Source of the DNA: an uncultured virus (IMG/VR IMGVR_UViG_2049941000_000098)
Taxonomy: Duplodnaviria > Heunggongvirae > Uroviricota > Caudoviricetes
Length of the DNA: 41,907 nt
Strand: one strand, 5' to 3'
Virus record (IMG/VR): IMGVR_UViG_2049941000_000098
Both the position numbers and the translations under genes were made by a program. Below the pieces are notes generated by a model. The model did not search any database. It saw only the letters and a list, made by a program, of their open reading frames with translations, and was not told where the DNA came from. Position 1 is the first letter of the stretch, and each line of letters begins with the position of its first letter. Positions 20,631 through 29,823 of the stretch are shown here, piece by piece.

Positions 20631-20876
20631 TTAATACCACCAACCCGCCGTTGGCACTTCTTTTAATTCCCCCTGCATATTGACGTGGTAAAGATTCGCC
20701 CCTTTGTTATGCGATTCCGCCCAAAGCATCTTGTCTGCTGTTGATAGGTTTTGCGCCTCATCAAAAGAAAGCGTCATCAAATCCCTTTGTGTTTGTTTGG
20801 AATTTTCGTTGATTTTAACCCCATCACCTGTTTTAAACACCTGTTTCATATCCATGTTATTTTTAATTGTTTCCAT
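20631..20876 (-). CDS. Hypothetical protein whose 5' end is duplicated from the neighbouring gene
   Basis: MKQVFKTGDGVKIN versus MKQVFETGDWVEIN. Confidence 0.6.
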   Translation of the reverse strand: METIKNNMDMKQVFKTGDGVKINENSKQTQRDLMTLSFDEAQNLSTADKMLWAESHNKGANLYHVNMQGELKEVPTAGWWY

Positions 20877-20881
20877 TGTTA

Positions 20882-21313
20882 TTACATCCGTATTTTAATA
20901 TCAACCCCGAACAGACCAAACGCGTGTTGGAGTTCGTGTACGTTTCTTACCGTCGCGGAGTTCGTCGGTTGTGACGCATCATACAGGACATGTGTCACGT
21001 TCCAAGAATCACCGATTGGTGTCACCGTCACATAACAATCATCATCCTTGTATATGAACCGTTCCTTAACCACCCCGATGACACCAATATCATTCATCTT
21101 CACCTCGTGAACACCCGTGCATTTGAACCCGTTGTTGAAAAACACTTCCGCCGTCAGGGGTATCGGTTTGACGGCGTTGTTGAACACCCAAATCGGGTGT
21201 GACGTTTTGTCACCACCGACACGGTACGACACCCTCCTTTCGTGTACCGCGCATATCTGTTCGGGTTTCCCGTTGATTTCAACCCAATCACCCGTTTCAA
21301 ACACCTGTTTCAT
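20882..21313 (-). CDS. Hypothetical protein (PIPLT...VHELQH family, copy 3)
   Basis: KPIPLTAEVFFNNGF...NVHELQH. Confidence 0.7.
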   Translation of the reverse strand: MKQVFETGDWVEINGKPEQICAVHERRVSYRVGGDKTSHPIWVFNNAVKPIPLTAEVFFNNGFKCTGVHEVKMNDIGVIGVVKERFIYKDDDCYVTVTPIGDSWNVTHVLYDASQPTNSATVRNVHELQHAFGLFGVDIKIRM

Positions 21314-21319
21314 ATTCGC

Positions 21320-21529
21320 CTATTCGTTGAACTTTTTGTATTTCCGCCACTCAATTGTTCCGCTAATAATCGCAACCAACAAAATCAACACCACAGAACC
21401 CCAGGTTGGTGCTAACACCCACCACCAAGACCAATCAATCACTTTCGTCAGTTTCAACACGATAAACACCACCGTAAGAAGTTCAAAGATTCCAATTCCC
21501 CCTTGAACTGTTTGATTTCCCTCTGCCAT
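21320..21529 (-). CDS. Small two-TM membrane protein
   Basis: LTVVFIVLKLTKVIDWSWWWVLAPTW, a pattern common in phage membrane proteins. Confidence 0.75.
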   Translation of the reverse strand: MAEGNQTVQGGIGIFELLTVVFIVLKLTKVIDWSWWWVLAPTWGSVVLILLVAIISGTIEWRKYKKFNE

Positions 21530-21571
21530 AGTTATTGTTTTTTAAATGTTTATTAAAAAGTTATCTATTTC

Positions 21572-21605
21572 AAATTCGGTTGTAAATGTAATAATGTTTT
21601 TGTTA
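21572..21605 (-). repeat. 34-bp exact direct repeat (promoter/operator), copy 1
   Basis: aaattcggttgtaaatgtaataatgtttttgtta, identical to 22536-22569. Confidence 0.85.
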
Positions 21606-21631
21606 TGTGATGCACAATATTGAAATTATTT

Positions 21632-21952
21632 TCAATCGTCATCGATTCCTTCGCACCAATCGTCATCGTGCCACTGCCACTCTTTTTCAATCAGCAGGTT
21701 GGTCATCGCATCGTTCGTTATCGGCATTCCGAACTCATCGTGTCCGATAACATATACTCCCAACGTCTTGTTTAACCACTCTTTTTTATCCAATCTGCCC
21801 TCCGACACATTCCCGTTCACATACCCTTTCGTGTACCCACGGTTCAACCGTTCGGGGTGAGCCGCGTTGTATTCGTGGTAATATCCCTTTCGGTGTCGGT
21901 CGCCGTGTTTTTTGTTGTATTCACGGTAATATGCCCTTCTGTCCGTTGCCAT
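21632..21952 (-). CDS. Hypothetical protein
   Basis: ORF with a basic N-terminus. Confidence 0.65.
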   Translation of the reverse strand: MATDRRAYYREYNKKHGDRHRKGYYHEYNAAHPERLNRGYTKGYVNGNVSEGRLDKKEWLNKTLGVYVIGHDEFGMPITNDAMTNLLIEKEWQWHDDDWCEGIDDD

Positions 21953-21968
21953 GACCGTACATTTTTAG

Positions 21969-22229
21969 TCATTCCCCACGTTCGATGTCGTTTTTCAAAT
22001 CCTCGACCATTTCGTCAAGTTTGGAAAAATCGTCGAAATGCGCGTAGAACGTCGCGTTCTCGTTCAACCATTCGGTCACACGCCCAACCATCCACTCCAT
22101 CGCCGACATCGCGGCGTTGTAACGTTGTAACCGCACGTACACTTCGTCCGTGTAACCCTTGTTTTCATATTCCGTCGGACATTGTATCGAAATATCACGC
22201 GCTTCGCCCGTCATTGTTGTTGATTGCAT
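21969..22229 (-). CDS. Hypothetical protein
   Basis: Tightly packed ORF in an operon. Confidence 0.6.
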   Translation of the reverse strand: MQSTTMTGEARDISIQCPTEYENKGYTDEVYVRLQRYNAAMSAMEWMVGRVTEWLNENATFYAHFDDFSKLDEMVEDLKNDIERGE

Positions 22230-22232
22230 GAT

Positions 22233-22520
22233 TCAACCCTCCTGTTCATATAAATATAAATTTTCAAGTTCATCATCCGAACGTATGCCAAGTCTCCCGC
22301 CACTGTCAGGGTCGCCCCCGTCACACGTTATGTCGTAAAACGTTTCAACCGTGTAATCCTCGGAATAGACCGTTTTCAACACCTTCATCGTGCCGTTGTC
22401 CGCAAACAACCCCCATATGGTTAAATCACCCTTTTTGAACAAATTGTCGATTGACCGTAAATGTTTCAAAACCTTCAGGTCGTCTTTCGTTAAATGCAGT
22501 TTCGTTAATTCATTAACCAT
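22233..22520 (-). CDS. Hypothetical protein
   Basis: ORF behind the repeated promoter. Confidence 0.65.
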   Translation of the reverse strand: MVNELTKLHLTKDDLKVLKHLRSIDNLFKKGDLTIWGLFADNGTMKVLKTVYSEDYTVETFYDITCDGGDPDSGGRLGIRSDDELENLYLYEQEG

Positions 22521-22535
22521 AATTCATTCGTTTTA

Positions 22536-22569
22536 AAATTCGGTTGTAAATGTAATAATGTTTTTGTTA
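22536..22569 (-). repeat. 34-bp exact direct repeat (promoter/operator), copy 2
   Basis: Identical to 21572-21605. Confidence 0.85.
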
Positions 22570-22585
22570 CATACAACACCCGTTT

Positions 22586-22831
22586 TCAAATTTTTTGGAA
22601 AACGACCTCGCGCCCGTCCGAACGTTCCGACGCGCGGCACGCCAACATCGCGCACGAACCACGGTCACGGTTCATTCGGAAACAGCACGAACGACATTCG
22701 TACTCGCGTATTCCGTCGGAATCGAACTTTGTGTAATACCGTCCGTCCGCTTCCCTGACTTGGTACATCCCGCGCCCGATGTTGAACACACCGTCCACGG
22801 GGTATTCCCGTTTGCGTTTCACCAATTCCAT
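22586..22831 (-). CDS. Cys-rich hypothetical protein (C..CCF...C...RxDG..VVF)
   Basis: Tightly packed ORF in an operon. Confidence 0.65.
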   Translation of the reverse strand: MELVKRKREYPVDGVFNIGRGMYQVREADGRYYTKFDSDGIREYECRSCCFRMNRDRGSCAMLACRASERSDGREVVFQKI

Positions 22832-22832
22832 T

Positions 22833-23183
22833 TCAAATCAAATCGAGGTCAACACCGTCGTATTCGTTGTGTTTCCGTCCGAACCAATCCGCCAACCGAC
22901 GAAACCAATACCGCACGTAACACAAATGAAACACGTAATAATAGAAAAAATCCCACACCGAACATTCATGCCAACGGTGCAACCATACACCCTTGAACGT
23001 AAATTCGTAATAAACATGTGTCGGATTTTCCCCACGGTAATGTTTTTTAGAATGTTTCAAATACCCGTTTGCCAACATCCAAGACACCGCGTCGATTCCG
23101 TAATCGTCAACCCACACGTCAACACGGTTTCGGTTGTAACCGATACCCTGTTGTTTGATTTTGAATACTTCACTTTGTTTCAT
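22833..23183 (-). CDS. Hypothetical protein
   Basis: Tightly packed ORF in an operon. Confidence 0.6.
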   Translation of the reverse strand: MKQSEVFKIKQQGIGYNRNRVDVWVDDYGIDAVSWMLANGYLKHSKKHYRGENPTHVYYEFTFKGVWLHRWHECSVWDFFYYYVFHLCYVRYWFRRLADWFGRKHNEYDGVDLDLI

Positions 23184-23503
23184 AATTCCCGTTTTTTTAT
23201 TCGTATTCTATCGCGTACACGGCGTTTTCGGATTCGTCAATATCGTCTGACAACACCAACGCCGCGTCATCGAATATGTAGTAATCCGNNNNNNNNNNAT
23301 GTAGTAATCCGTACATATTTCGTTCACACCGCCGTCATACCACACTATGCAGTATTTTTCCTTGTCGTAATCGTAGGAACACCTGCTCGAATGTGCCAAC
23401 ACACCGTTCACGTTCACGGGTTTCTGATAAATAATCAAAACCGTGTCGTCATATTCGACAATACTGTTAAGCAAATACACAATGTCTTGTTTTTCCAATT
23501 TTA

Positions 23504-23701
23504 TCATGATTTAAAATTTTTAATGGTTACACATTCACCGTTTTCAAATTCCGCCGTGAACAAACCCGTCCATGAACCCTGTTTCGGAATCACGGGGTCG
23601 AGATAAACGTGAACCGTCGCGTCCACCGTAATATCCCCGTTCCCATCAACCGTTTCACACCGTGAAACCGTCACGTTGTTAATGTTCAAATCGTGTTTCA
23701 T
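23504..23701 (-). CDS. Hypothetical protein
   Basis: ATGA overlap with the next gene (start 23507, gap-interrupted). Confidence 0.55.
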   Translation of the reverse strand: MKHDLNINNVTVSRCETVDGNGDITVDATVHVYLDPVIPKQGSWTGLFTAEFENGECVTIKNFKS

Positions 23702-23721
23702 TTTTATACCGTCCCTTCCGT

Positions 23722-24135
23722 TTACGTGTGTAACGTTTCGTAAAAATCGTCGTCATCGTCCGCACGCGCCGAACCGACCGTTTCGATTATCTTCCGTTCC
23801 GTCAATTTAGGGTTGACGAAATGGTGCATGATGTCTTGGTGCAACGATTCGAGCGTCCGCGCGAAATACAGGTTCGCGCCTTCGGGTCGCGGGTCAACAC
23901 CGCGTTCCTCAAGAATGACCCGCATCAGCACTTCCAACTGTTCTACATTGGGTCGCCAATACGGATGTTCGTCCGCCCATTTCGCACCATTGGCGAACGC
24001 GTCCGCCAATTCAGGGGTCGAAAATTCCGTGCCACAATCCGCCGCTTTTTCCTTCGCGTCGGCGTGTGCGGTCGCCGCCTGTTTTATTTCCGATTCGCGC
24101 ACGATGTGTCGTTTCAACATTTCCTCGCGTGTCAT
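23722..24135 (-). CDS. Hypothetical protein (FxxGAKWADEH family)
   Basis: Start MTREEML overlaps the stop at 24132. Confidence 0.65.
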   Translation of the reverse strand: MTREEMLKRHIVRESEIKQAATAHADAKEKAADCGTEFSTPELADAFANGAKWADEHPYWRPNVEQLEVLMRVILEERGVDPRPEGANLYFARTLESLHQDIMHHFVNPKLTERKIIETVGSARADDDDDFYETLHT

Positions 24136-24371
24136 ACCAACCCCCTTTGTTTGATTGTGTATTCGATTTCGGAATCTTCGACACCCGTGCCGTCCTCGAA
24201 ACAGGTGTTGTTCAACATCGCGATACAATGTCGGAATGTTTCGGCGGAAATATGTTCGTCCGCCCATTTCGCACCCTCCGCAAAAGAATCGCACTGTAAA
24301 CCGAATGTTATCGACTGACTCAAACAGAATCTACTAAAAGCCGCCTGTTTGATTTGTTCGTTTCTATTCAT
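24132..24371 (-). CDS. Hypothetical protein (FxxGAKWADEH family)
   Basis: Tandem paralog of the downstream gene. Confidence 0.65.
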   Translation of the reverse strand: MNRNEQIKQAAFSRFCLSQSITFGLQCDSFAEGAKWADEHISAETFRHCIAMLNNTCFEDGTGVEDSEIEYTIKQRGLV

Positions 24372-24544
24372 TTTTTTGTGTTTTTATAATACCGTTCAAA
24401 ACATTGTTTCGTGCAGAATATTTTTCCGTTACGGATGACACAACCGTCATCCACCAACATTTGTTTCGTGGGTTTCTGTTCGATGTAATGGTTTATCGCC
24501 ACGCCGCAACAATCACACGTTACCTCATACCATTTTGTTATCAT
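24368..24544 (-). CDS. Small Cys-containing protein, not in the ORF track
   Basis: MITKWYEVTCDCCG...FCTKQCF; ATGA overlaps at both ends. Confidence 0.6.
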   Translation of the reverse strand: MITKWYEVTCDCCGVAINHYIEQKPTKQMLVDDGCVIRNGKIFCTKQCFERYYKNTKK

Positions 24545-25123
24545 TTCATCGCTTCGTAAAAATACAAACCGTACACATATTGTTCCACATGGACGAGTAA
24601 CATCGATTCCAAAAAGTCTTCAATAACCTCGTCCCGCGTCCATTCGTCCGAATAGGTCGTCGGTATGGTTTTCCCGTTGATAACTATTCTCCAACCGTCG
24701 TTATCATCCTTCGGGATAACGTCAAACCCCAATTCGTTTACCGCGAAATCCCGTATGTCGTCGAACGGAATCGCCCGACCCTGTCNNNNNNNNNNNNNNN
24801 NNNNNNNNNNNNNNNNNNNNNNNNNNNNNNNNNNNNNNNNNNNNNNNNNNNNNNNNNNNNNNNNNNNNNNNNNNNNNNNNNNNNNNNNNNNNNNNNNNNN
24901 NNNNNNNNNNNNNNNNNNNNNNNNNNNNNNNNNNNNNNNNNNNNNNNNNNNNNNNNNNNNNNNNNNNNNNNNNNNNNNNNNNNNNNNNNNNNNNNNNNNN
25001 NNNNNNNNNNNNNNNNNNNNNNNNNNNNNNNNNNNNNNNNNNNNNNNNNNNNNNNNNNNNNNNNNNNNNNNNNNNNNNNNNNNNNNNNNNNNNNNNNACA
25101 CGGGTGCGTTTTGTTCCGCCGTC

Positions 25124-25161
25124 AAAAAACCGCCCCACTGCTATCACAGCGTTGGGCGGTT
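25124..25161 (-). terminator. Intrinsic terminator downstream of the TnpB right end
   Basis: aaccgccc...gggcggtt stem plus A6 (U tail on the - strand). Confidence 0.65.
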
Positions 25162-25186
25162 CATGAAAATAATAGTTGTGTTAACA

Positions 25187-25219
25187 GTAAACTGCCCACG
25201 AACTAAAGATTCGTGGGCT
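25187..25219 (-). mobile_element. IS200/IS605-family right end / omegaRNA 3' scaffold
   Basis: - strand GCCCACGAA-TCTTTAG-TTCGTGGGC-AGTTTAC immediately after the tnpB stop; typical subterminal hairpin and TTAC end. Confidence 0.8.
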
Positions 25220-26523
25220 TTAGCAAAATACTGAAAGTCTTTTACAAGGTGCGTTTACAAGCACTCTTACATCATCTGTTGTAAAAACAACATTTGATTT
25301 ACTTGAAATTAGGTATTTTTTGAGAATGTTCACACTCCCATTTATGTCCGCATTAAGAACTTTTCCGTCAGCAGACTTGTACAAACCTCTGTGGATGCGT
25401 TTTCCACTGAATTTCGTAGTCTCATTCTCGCCATAAGTAGGAATTTTATCATCGTCAAGACAACTTGCTTTAGATGTGTAACTTTCTTCTTGTGGACAAT
25501 ATTTGATTCCGTGCAACTCACATTTGTATTTCAACTTTTGTCGGAACTTATGCAATGGTATCATAACAAAGTTTTGGTTGTTAACCTTACCGATGTTGAT
25601 TTCTTGTTTTTGTTCCTTATTATATCCGATTACCAATGTGGTAACTCCGTTTTCAATGCACTTGTTGATTATCAACTGAACGGACTTGTTGAAATAATCG
25701 TTGATGCGGTTGTACCTACCATTGATTAGACGAAGCATTCGTTTGGTGTTATGACTTATACCTTTCTTGTCGTATTCTCCCTTTAGCGTTGCAACTTTCT
25801 TATTGTAATAGTGGTTTATGTTTTTCAGTCTTCGTCCATCAATCAAGAATTGCTGAACGCCACCATTAGAAAAGATTGTACTTGCAACGAGGTTGTCTAA
25901 TCCCAAGTCTATTGACATATAGCCATCACCTACCGATTGTTTTAAATCCTTCTTTGATTCGTAGATAAACTCTATTGAAAATTGTTTTCCGTTGAATTGC
26001 GGTATTATCCTTATTTCTTTAAATTCGGAAACGCACCTAATATTCTTTGGGATTGTGAATAGGATTCGTCTTTCGTTGATTTGGTACTTCTTACGGAATT
26101 CCTTTGTTAGACCTATTGCCACACGACCATCCTTTTGGATACGGCAACTCCTACCTTGAATTGTGCAGATAGCAAGTTCGTCTGCCTTCTTGTATTTTGG
26201 AAGTTTGACCTTATCGGAATACTTACCGCTTTTCTTCAATGTAAGAAGTTTGAAGAACGACTGCATATCCCTATCTNNNNNNNNNNGTATTTGTTGGGAA
26301 CAATCCGAAAGAAGGATGCTATAATTTTCATTCTCCTTGCACTCTTTGTAATTTTCGTAATAAGGAAGGTATTTTTGTGTATTGAAATAGTGTTGTCTAA
26401 CGGAGTATAGACCNNNNNNNNNNCATTGTACAACCTTGCTGAATGATAGCACAAGTGTGCGAGTATAGACAAGTCAACCTCGCTATTGTGTTCAGTTTGT
26501 GTTATTTTTGTGGTCAAATACAT
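25220..26523 (-). CDS. tnpB: TnpB RNA-guided nuclease (solo, IS1341-like), two 10-N gaps
   Basis: N-terminal LCYHSARLYN; RuvC-I SIDLGLDNL; LVIGYN at the canonical RuvC-II position with QEESYTSK downstream; RuvC-III NADING; no tnpA visible. Confidence 0.92.
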
Positions 26524-26630
26524 CGTAAAATTCGTTTCTTTCTTATAGATAGCAAATATAATTAAAAATATTCATATTATATNNNNNNNNNNTATATGAA
26601 GAAAATTACAATCACAAATATACAAATAAC

Positions 26631-26876
26631 TCACCAATTCATCCAATCGTCCATCAATTTGTTTTCTGTAACGAAGTTATCTTCCATCACGGGTTTCTTT
26701 TCCGTGTAGTGCGAACACACTTCCGTCGTCGTTATCACCATCCGCCATTCTTGATGCGGACATGACAACAACGTGGGTTTCCCGTCCAACGACAGGTTCT
26801 CGAACTTCATGTCGGGTTTCGACAACGCACAGTCCCTACAGTAACGGACAACGGTTTCGTTTTTCTTTTTGACCAT
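26631..26876 (-). CDS. Cys-containing hypothetical protein
   Basis: MVKKKNETVVRYCRDC...C...C. Confidence 0.6.
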   Translation of the reverse strand: MVKKKNETVVRYCRDCALSKPDMKFENLSLDGKPTLLSCPHQEWRMVITTTEVCSHYTEKKPVMEDNFVTENKLMDDWMNW

Positions 26877-26898
26877 ATATGTTCCCCTCCATTTATAA

Positions 26899-27072
26899 TC
26901 ACGAATTAAATACCACCGCGACATACGGTTTTTCATCATCATCGGTTGCGACAGCCACGTCACATATCTCACAATCCGTCATGTCATCGTCACTGACAAT
27001 ACGAACCTCCGCCGCGTCACCGACCGACATTCGGATTCGTTCCAATTTCGACATCAACAAGCCAAGTTCCAT
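26899..27072 (-). CDS. Small acidic protein, not in the ORF track
   Basis: MELGLLMSKLERIRMSVGDAAEVRIVSDDD...VAVVFNS. Confidence 0.55.
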   Translation of the reverse strand: MELGLLMSKLERIRMSVGDAAEVRIVSDDDMTDCEICDVAVATDDDEKPYVAVVFNS

Positions 27073-27075
27073 AGT

Positions 27076-27279
27076 TTAGTAAGTTTTTACAATTCTTTTC
27101 TTATCTTTCCACATATCAAACTCAATTGCTTCTTCGGCTTCTTTTTGAGTAAAAAAGACACGGTTGTTTAGAAAGTTATACCACCACAGGAAACCAAATA
27201 GCCGTTTTTGCGATATATAAATCTTATCGGCTTTAAAACGCTCAATCTCTATTATTCTATACTTTGTCATAGGTCTCAT
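27076..27279 (-). CDS. Hypothetical protein
   Basis: Part of the AT-rich mini-gene array. Confidence 0.6.
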   Translation of the reverse strand: MRPMTKYRIIEIERFKADKIYISQKRLFGFLWWYNFLNNRVFFTQKEAEEAIEFDMWKDKKRIVKTY

Positions 27280-27533
27280 TCCTCCATTGCTTTTATAACT
27301 TCCTGTAGTTCTTGTTTGCGCCTTTCAGCACAATACTTGCAATTACCTTTGTGTGCAAGAAATCCTTGATACCCCGCACTTCTAATAACATACTCGCAAC
27401 TATCATATTCGATAACTGCAAAATCATCAGATGTTACACGTCTTGCCACATCTTTTTGCGGACGGCAATAAAGAAAAATGGCTATAAACATACAAATAAA
27501 TATAAGTATTATAGAAACAACTGTATTTTTCAT
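27276..27533 (-). CDS. Membrane-anchored hypothetical protein (HKGNCKYC)
   Basis: N-terminal TM; YDSCEY...LAHKGNCKYC. Confidence 0.7.
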   Translation of the reverse strand: MKNTVVSIILIFICMFIAIFLYCRPQKDVARRVTSDDFAVIEYDSCEYVIRSAGYQGFLAHKGNCKYCAERRKQELQEVIKAMEE

Positions 27534-27536
27534 ATC

Positions 27537-27746
27537 TCATTCTCCTTTCATTGCTTTAATAAAATCTTCTTTGGTGTGTTCGCCCTTTTGATTAGTGAGC
27601 CAATCCCAAACCTTTTCAATAAAGGCATCGGTGCGGATGTACTCAATACCACTACCATTTTCAAAGGCGATTATTTCGGTATATTCCTCTGAAAACGGGT
27701 GTATTATTTTCACATAAATCTTTTCGGGTGCTTCATTTGTTTTCAT
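27537..27746 (-). CDS. Hypothetical protein (APEKIY...EYIRTDAFIEK)
   Basis: Mini-gene array member ending AMKGE. Confidence 0.7.
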   Translation of the reverse strand: MKTNEAPEKIYVKIIHPFSEEYTEIIAFENGSGIEYIRTDAFIEKVWDWLTNQKGEHTKEDFIKAMKGE

Positions 27747-27749
27747 AAC

Positions 27750-27917
27750 TCATTTCCCTTTCATATTATTGAAATCACACAATATTGTTGCGGTTAACCC
27801 GTCGTTTCCCTTTTCAACATAGGTGTCAACGTGATATATGCAACCTGCGCACGTAGTTTTTTGCAAAGGACACTTAATAGGTCTTACTTCCATTTTTACT
27901 AAACCCTTTAATTCCAT
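27750..27917 (-). CDS. Small Cys-containing protein, not in the ORF track
   Basis: MELKGLVKMEVRPIKCPLQKTTCAGC...NMKGK. Confidence 0.55.
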   Translation of the reverse strand: MELKGLVKMEVRPIKCPLQKTTCAGCIYHVDTYVEKGNDGLTATILCDFNNMKGK

Positions 27918-27920
27918 AGT

Positions 27921-28184
27921 CTATTCCCCTTTCAACAGTTTTATTCGGTTGTTAATGATTATGCCCAATGCCTGTTGTGTTGACGCTTGGAACATAAGAC
28001 TTTGCAAAAACTCGATTTCCTGTTCGTCTTTCCATTGCATTGCTTGCAATGTGTCTTTTAAACAAGGTTTCAAACAACATAATATTCCATTATCCTTTAG
28101 GCATTCGATTCCTTCCAAATTGTAATAACAATTACCACAACCGCAAATCTCCTTTGCTTTACCTTTGTTTGATACGTGTTCCAT
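27921..28184 (-). CDS. Hypothetical protein (AMxWKDE family, copy 2)
   Basis: Ends RIKLLKGE. Confidence 0.7.
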   Translation of the reverse strand: MEHVSNKGKAKEICGCGNCYYNLEGIECLKDNGILCCLKPCLKDTLQAMQWKDEQEIEFLQSLMFQASTQQALGIIINNRIKLLKGE

Positions 28185-28196
28185 AGTCCTATTTTT

Positions 28197-28469
28197 TTAT
28201 ACTTTATTCCTTATCCATTCCATTTCTCTTGTAAGGTCGATGTGATAGTCCTGCTCAACACGCTTTAGGTTCGTGATGATTTCTTCCGCAATCCCTCTAT
28301 CGGAAGCGGTTGGTTCTTTCACTTCAAGGGAGTTGGTGAAAGACAACAATCCTTTATATAACTGCAATGCCGCTTCGTCATAGCCATTTGGATGTATCAA
28401 TTCAAGTATGCTTTTGATTCTTCTCTCTATCTCCGCCACCAAAGCGGCTTTGTCAATGTATTGTGCCAT
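28197..28469 (-). CDS. Hypothetical protein (MAQYIDKAALVAEIERR)
   Basis: Mini-gene array member. Confidence 0.7.
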   Translation of the reverse strand: MAQYIDKAALVAEIERRIKSILELIHPNGYDEAALQLYKGLLSFTNSLEVKEPTASDRGIAEEIITNLKRVEQDYHIDLTREMEWIRNKV

Positions 28470-28573
28470 AGTTTATTCTCCTTTTTATTTGATACCATTG
28501 GTGTGCAGCATATTTAATTTTAAATACGTCTTGTTGCGTTGGTATGATTTTATTGTGTTTGTTGTTCATAGTT

Positions 28574-28956
28574 CTATTCTCCTTTCAATAATTTTATCCT
28601 TTCGTTGATTCTATCAACGATATAATACGTTGCGTGGAACATAAGGCTTTGCAGAAACTCAATTTCTTGCTCATCTTTCCAATCCATCGCTTCAAGTGCG
28701 GATTNNNNNNNNNNNNNNNNNNNNNNNNNNNNNNNNNNNNNNNNNNNNNNNNNNNNNNNNNNNNNNNNNNNNNNNNNNNNNNNNNNNNNNNNNNNNNNNN
28801 NNNNNNNNNNNNNNNNNNNNNNNNNNNNNNNNNNNNNNNNNTATAACATTCTAACGTAGAATCCATATCATCTTCATACTTTGAATGATTTTTATAGTTG
28901 ATACCATTTGACTTTGCTATCTCTCTTGCTTTGGTTTCATTTAATACGTGTCCCAT
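28574..28956 (-). CDS. Hypothetical protein (AMxWKDE family, copy 3), gap-interrupted
   Basis: MGHVLNETKAREIA...AMDWKDEQEIEFLQSLMF...RIKLLKGE. Confidence 0.6.
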
Positions 28957-28959
28957 AGT

Positions 28960-29823
28960 CTATTCCCCCAAACATAAGTTTATGTAATCCACTATTTCCT
29001 GTTCAGTCACTTCCTTTAACGCGTCCTCCAACGTCATTTCACCCGTCCGCGCGGTTTTCAAACGTTCGATAATGTCCGCATACGAATCCCGAACCTCGGT
29101 CGCCTTCATCGCGTACTGTTTCGCCGTGAATATCTCCGACGCGGGACGGCATTTTATCGGTTCGTATTCCACGACCCATTTCCCGTCAACCAACGAACAA
29201 ACCGCCATCATCGGTGTTCTGTTCTGTTCGTCGATACGAATCCCCCGCAGAAAAGACCCTGGGCGCACGACACGTATGTTTTCACCGACCATTTCGTCAG
29301 CGTACACGGTATGGTCGTGTCCCAACAACACCAACGTTTCGTCCGCCGTCCCGACGACATCATCCGTCTTACAACACCATCGTCCGTCGTCGATGTTCCA
29401 AAAACCGTGGTACACACACACCGTCGGTTTCCCGTTCGTTTTAAGGGGTAATTCGTTCGTCAGGACACAACCCCCCAAGACACGTCCGCCCGTGAAATCG
29501 GTGAACAAACCCATTTCACAGAAAAGGTTGTATGACGTTCTGACGTTGAACTCGTCGTTGTTGTACAGTGTGTCGTGGTTTCCGTTTATCGTGTATATCG
29601 GGTTCACGGCTTTTCTGAACACGCGCCCGACAGCCGCTTTCACGAAATCGGGGACGGTGGGTTTGTCAAACACGTCACCACCAATCACAATCGGCATGCC
29701 GTTGTCGTTCGCGTACCCGACGACATAATCAAGTTTCTTACATATGTCGTCCAACACGTCGCCCGTTCGGACGTTGCACACGGACGTTATGTGCAAATCG
29801 GTTATGAATACGAATTTCGTCAT
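28960..29823 (-). CDS. sbcD: SbcD/Mre11-like metallophosphoesterase nuclease
   Basis: TDLH, GGDVFD, NGNHD, YHG, LGHDH, PGS motifs; ATG 29823 overlaps the upstream stop. Confidence 0.9.
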   Translation of the reverse strand: MTKFVFITDLHITSVCNVRTGDVLDDICKKLDYVVGYANDNGMPIVIGGDVFDKPTVPDFVKAAVGRVFRKAVNPIYTINGNHDTLYNNDEFNVRTSYNLFCEMGLFTDFTGGRVLGGCVLTNELPLKTNGKPTVCVYHGFWNIDDGRWCCKTDDVVGTADETLVLLGHDHTVYADEMVGENIRVVRPGSFLRGIRIDEQNRTPMMAVCSLVDGKWVVEYEPIKCRPASEIFTAKQYAMKATEVRDSYADIIERLKTARTGEMTLEDALKEVTEQEIVDYINLCLGE

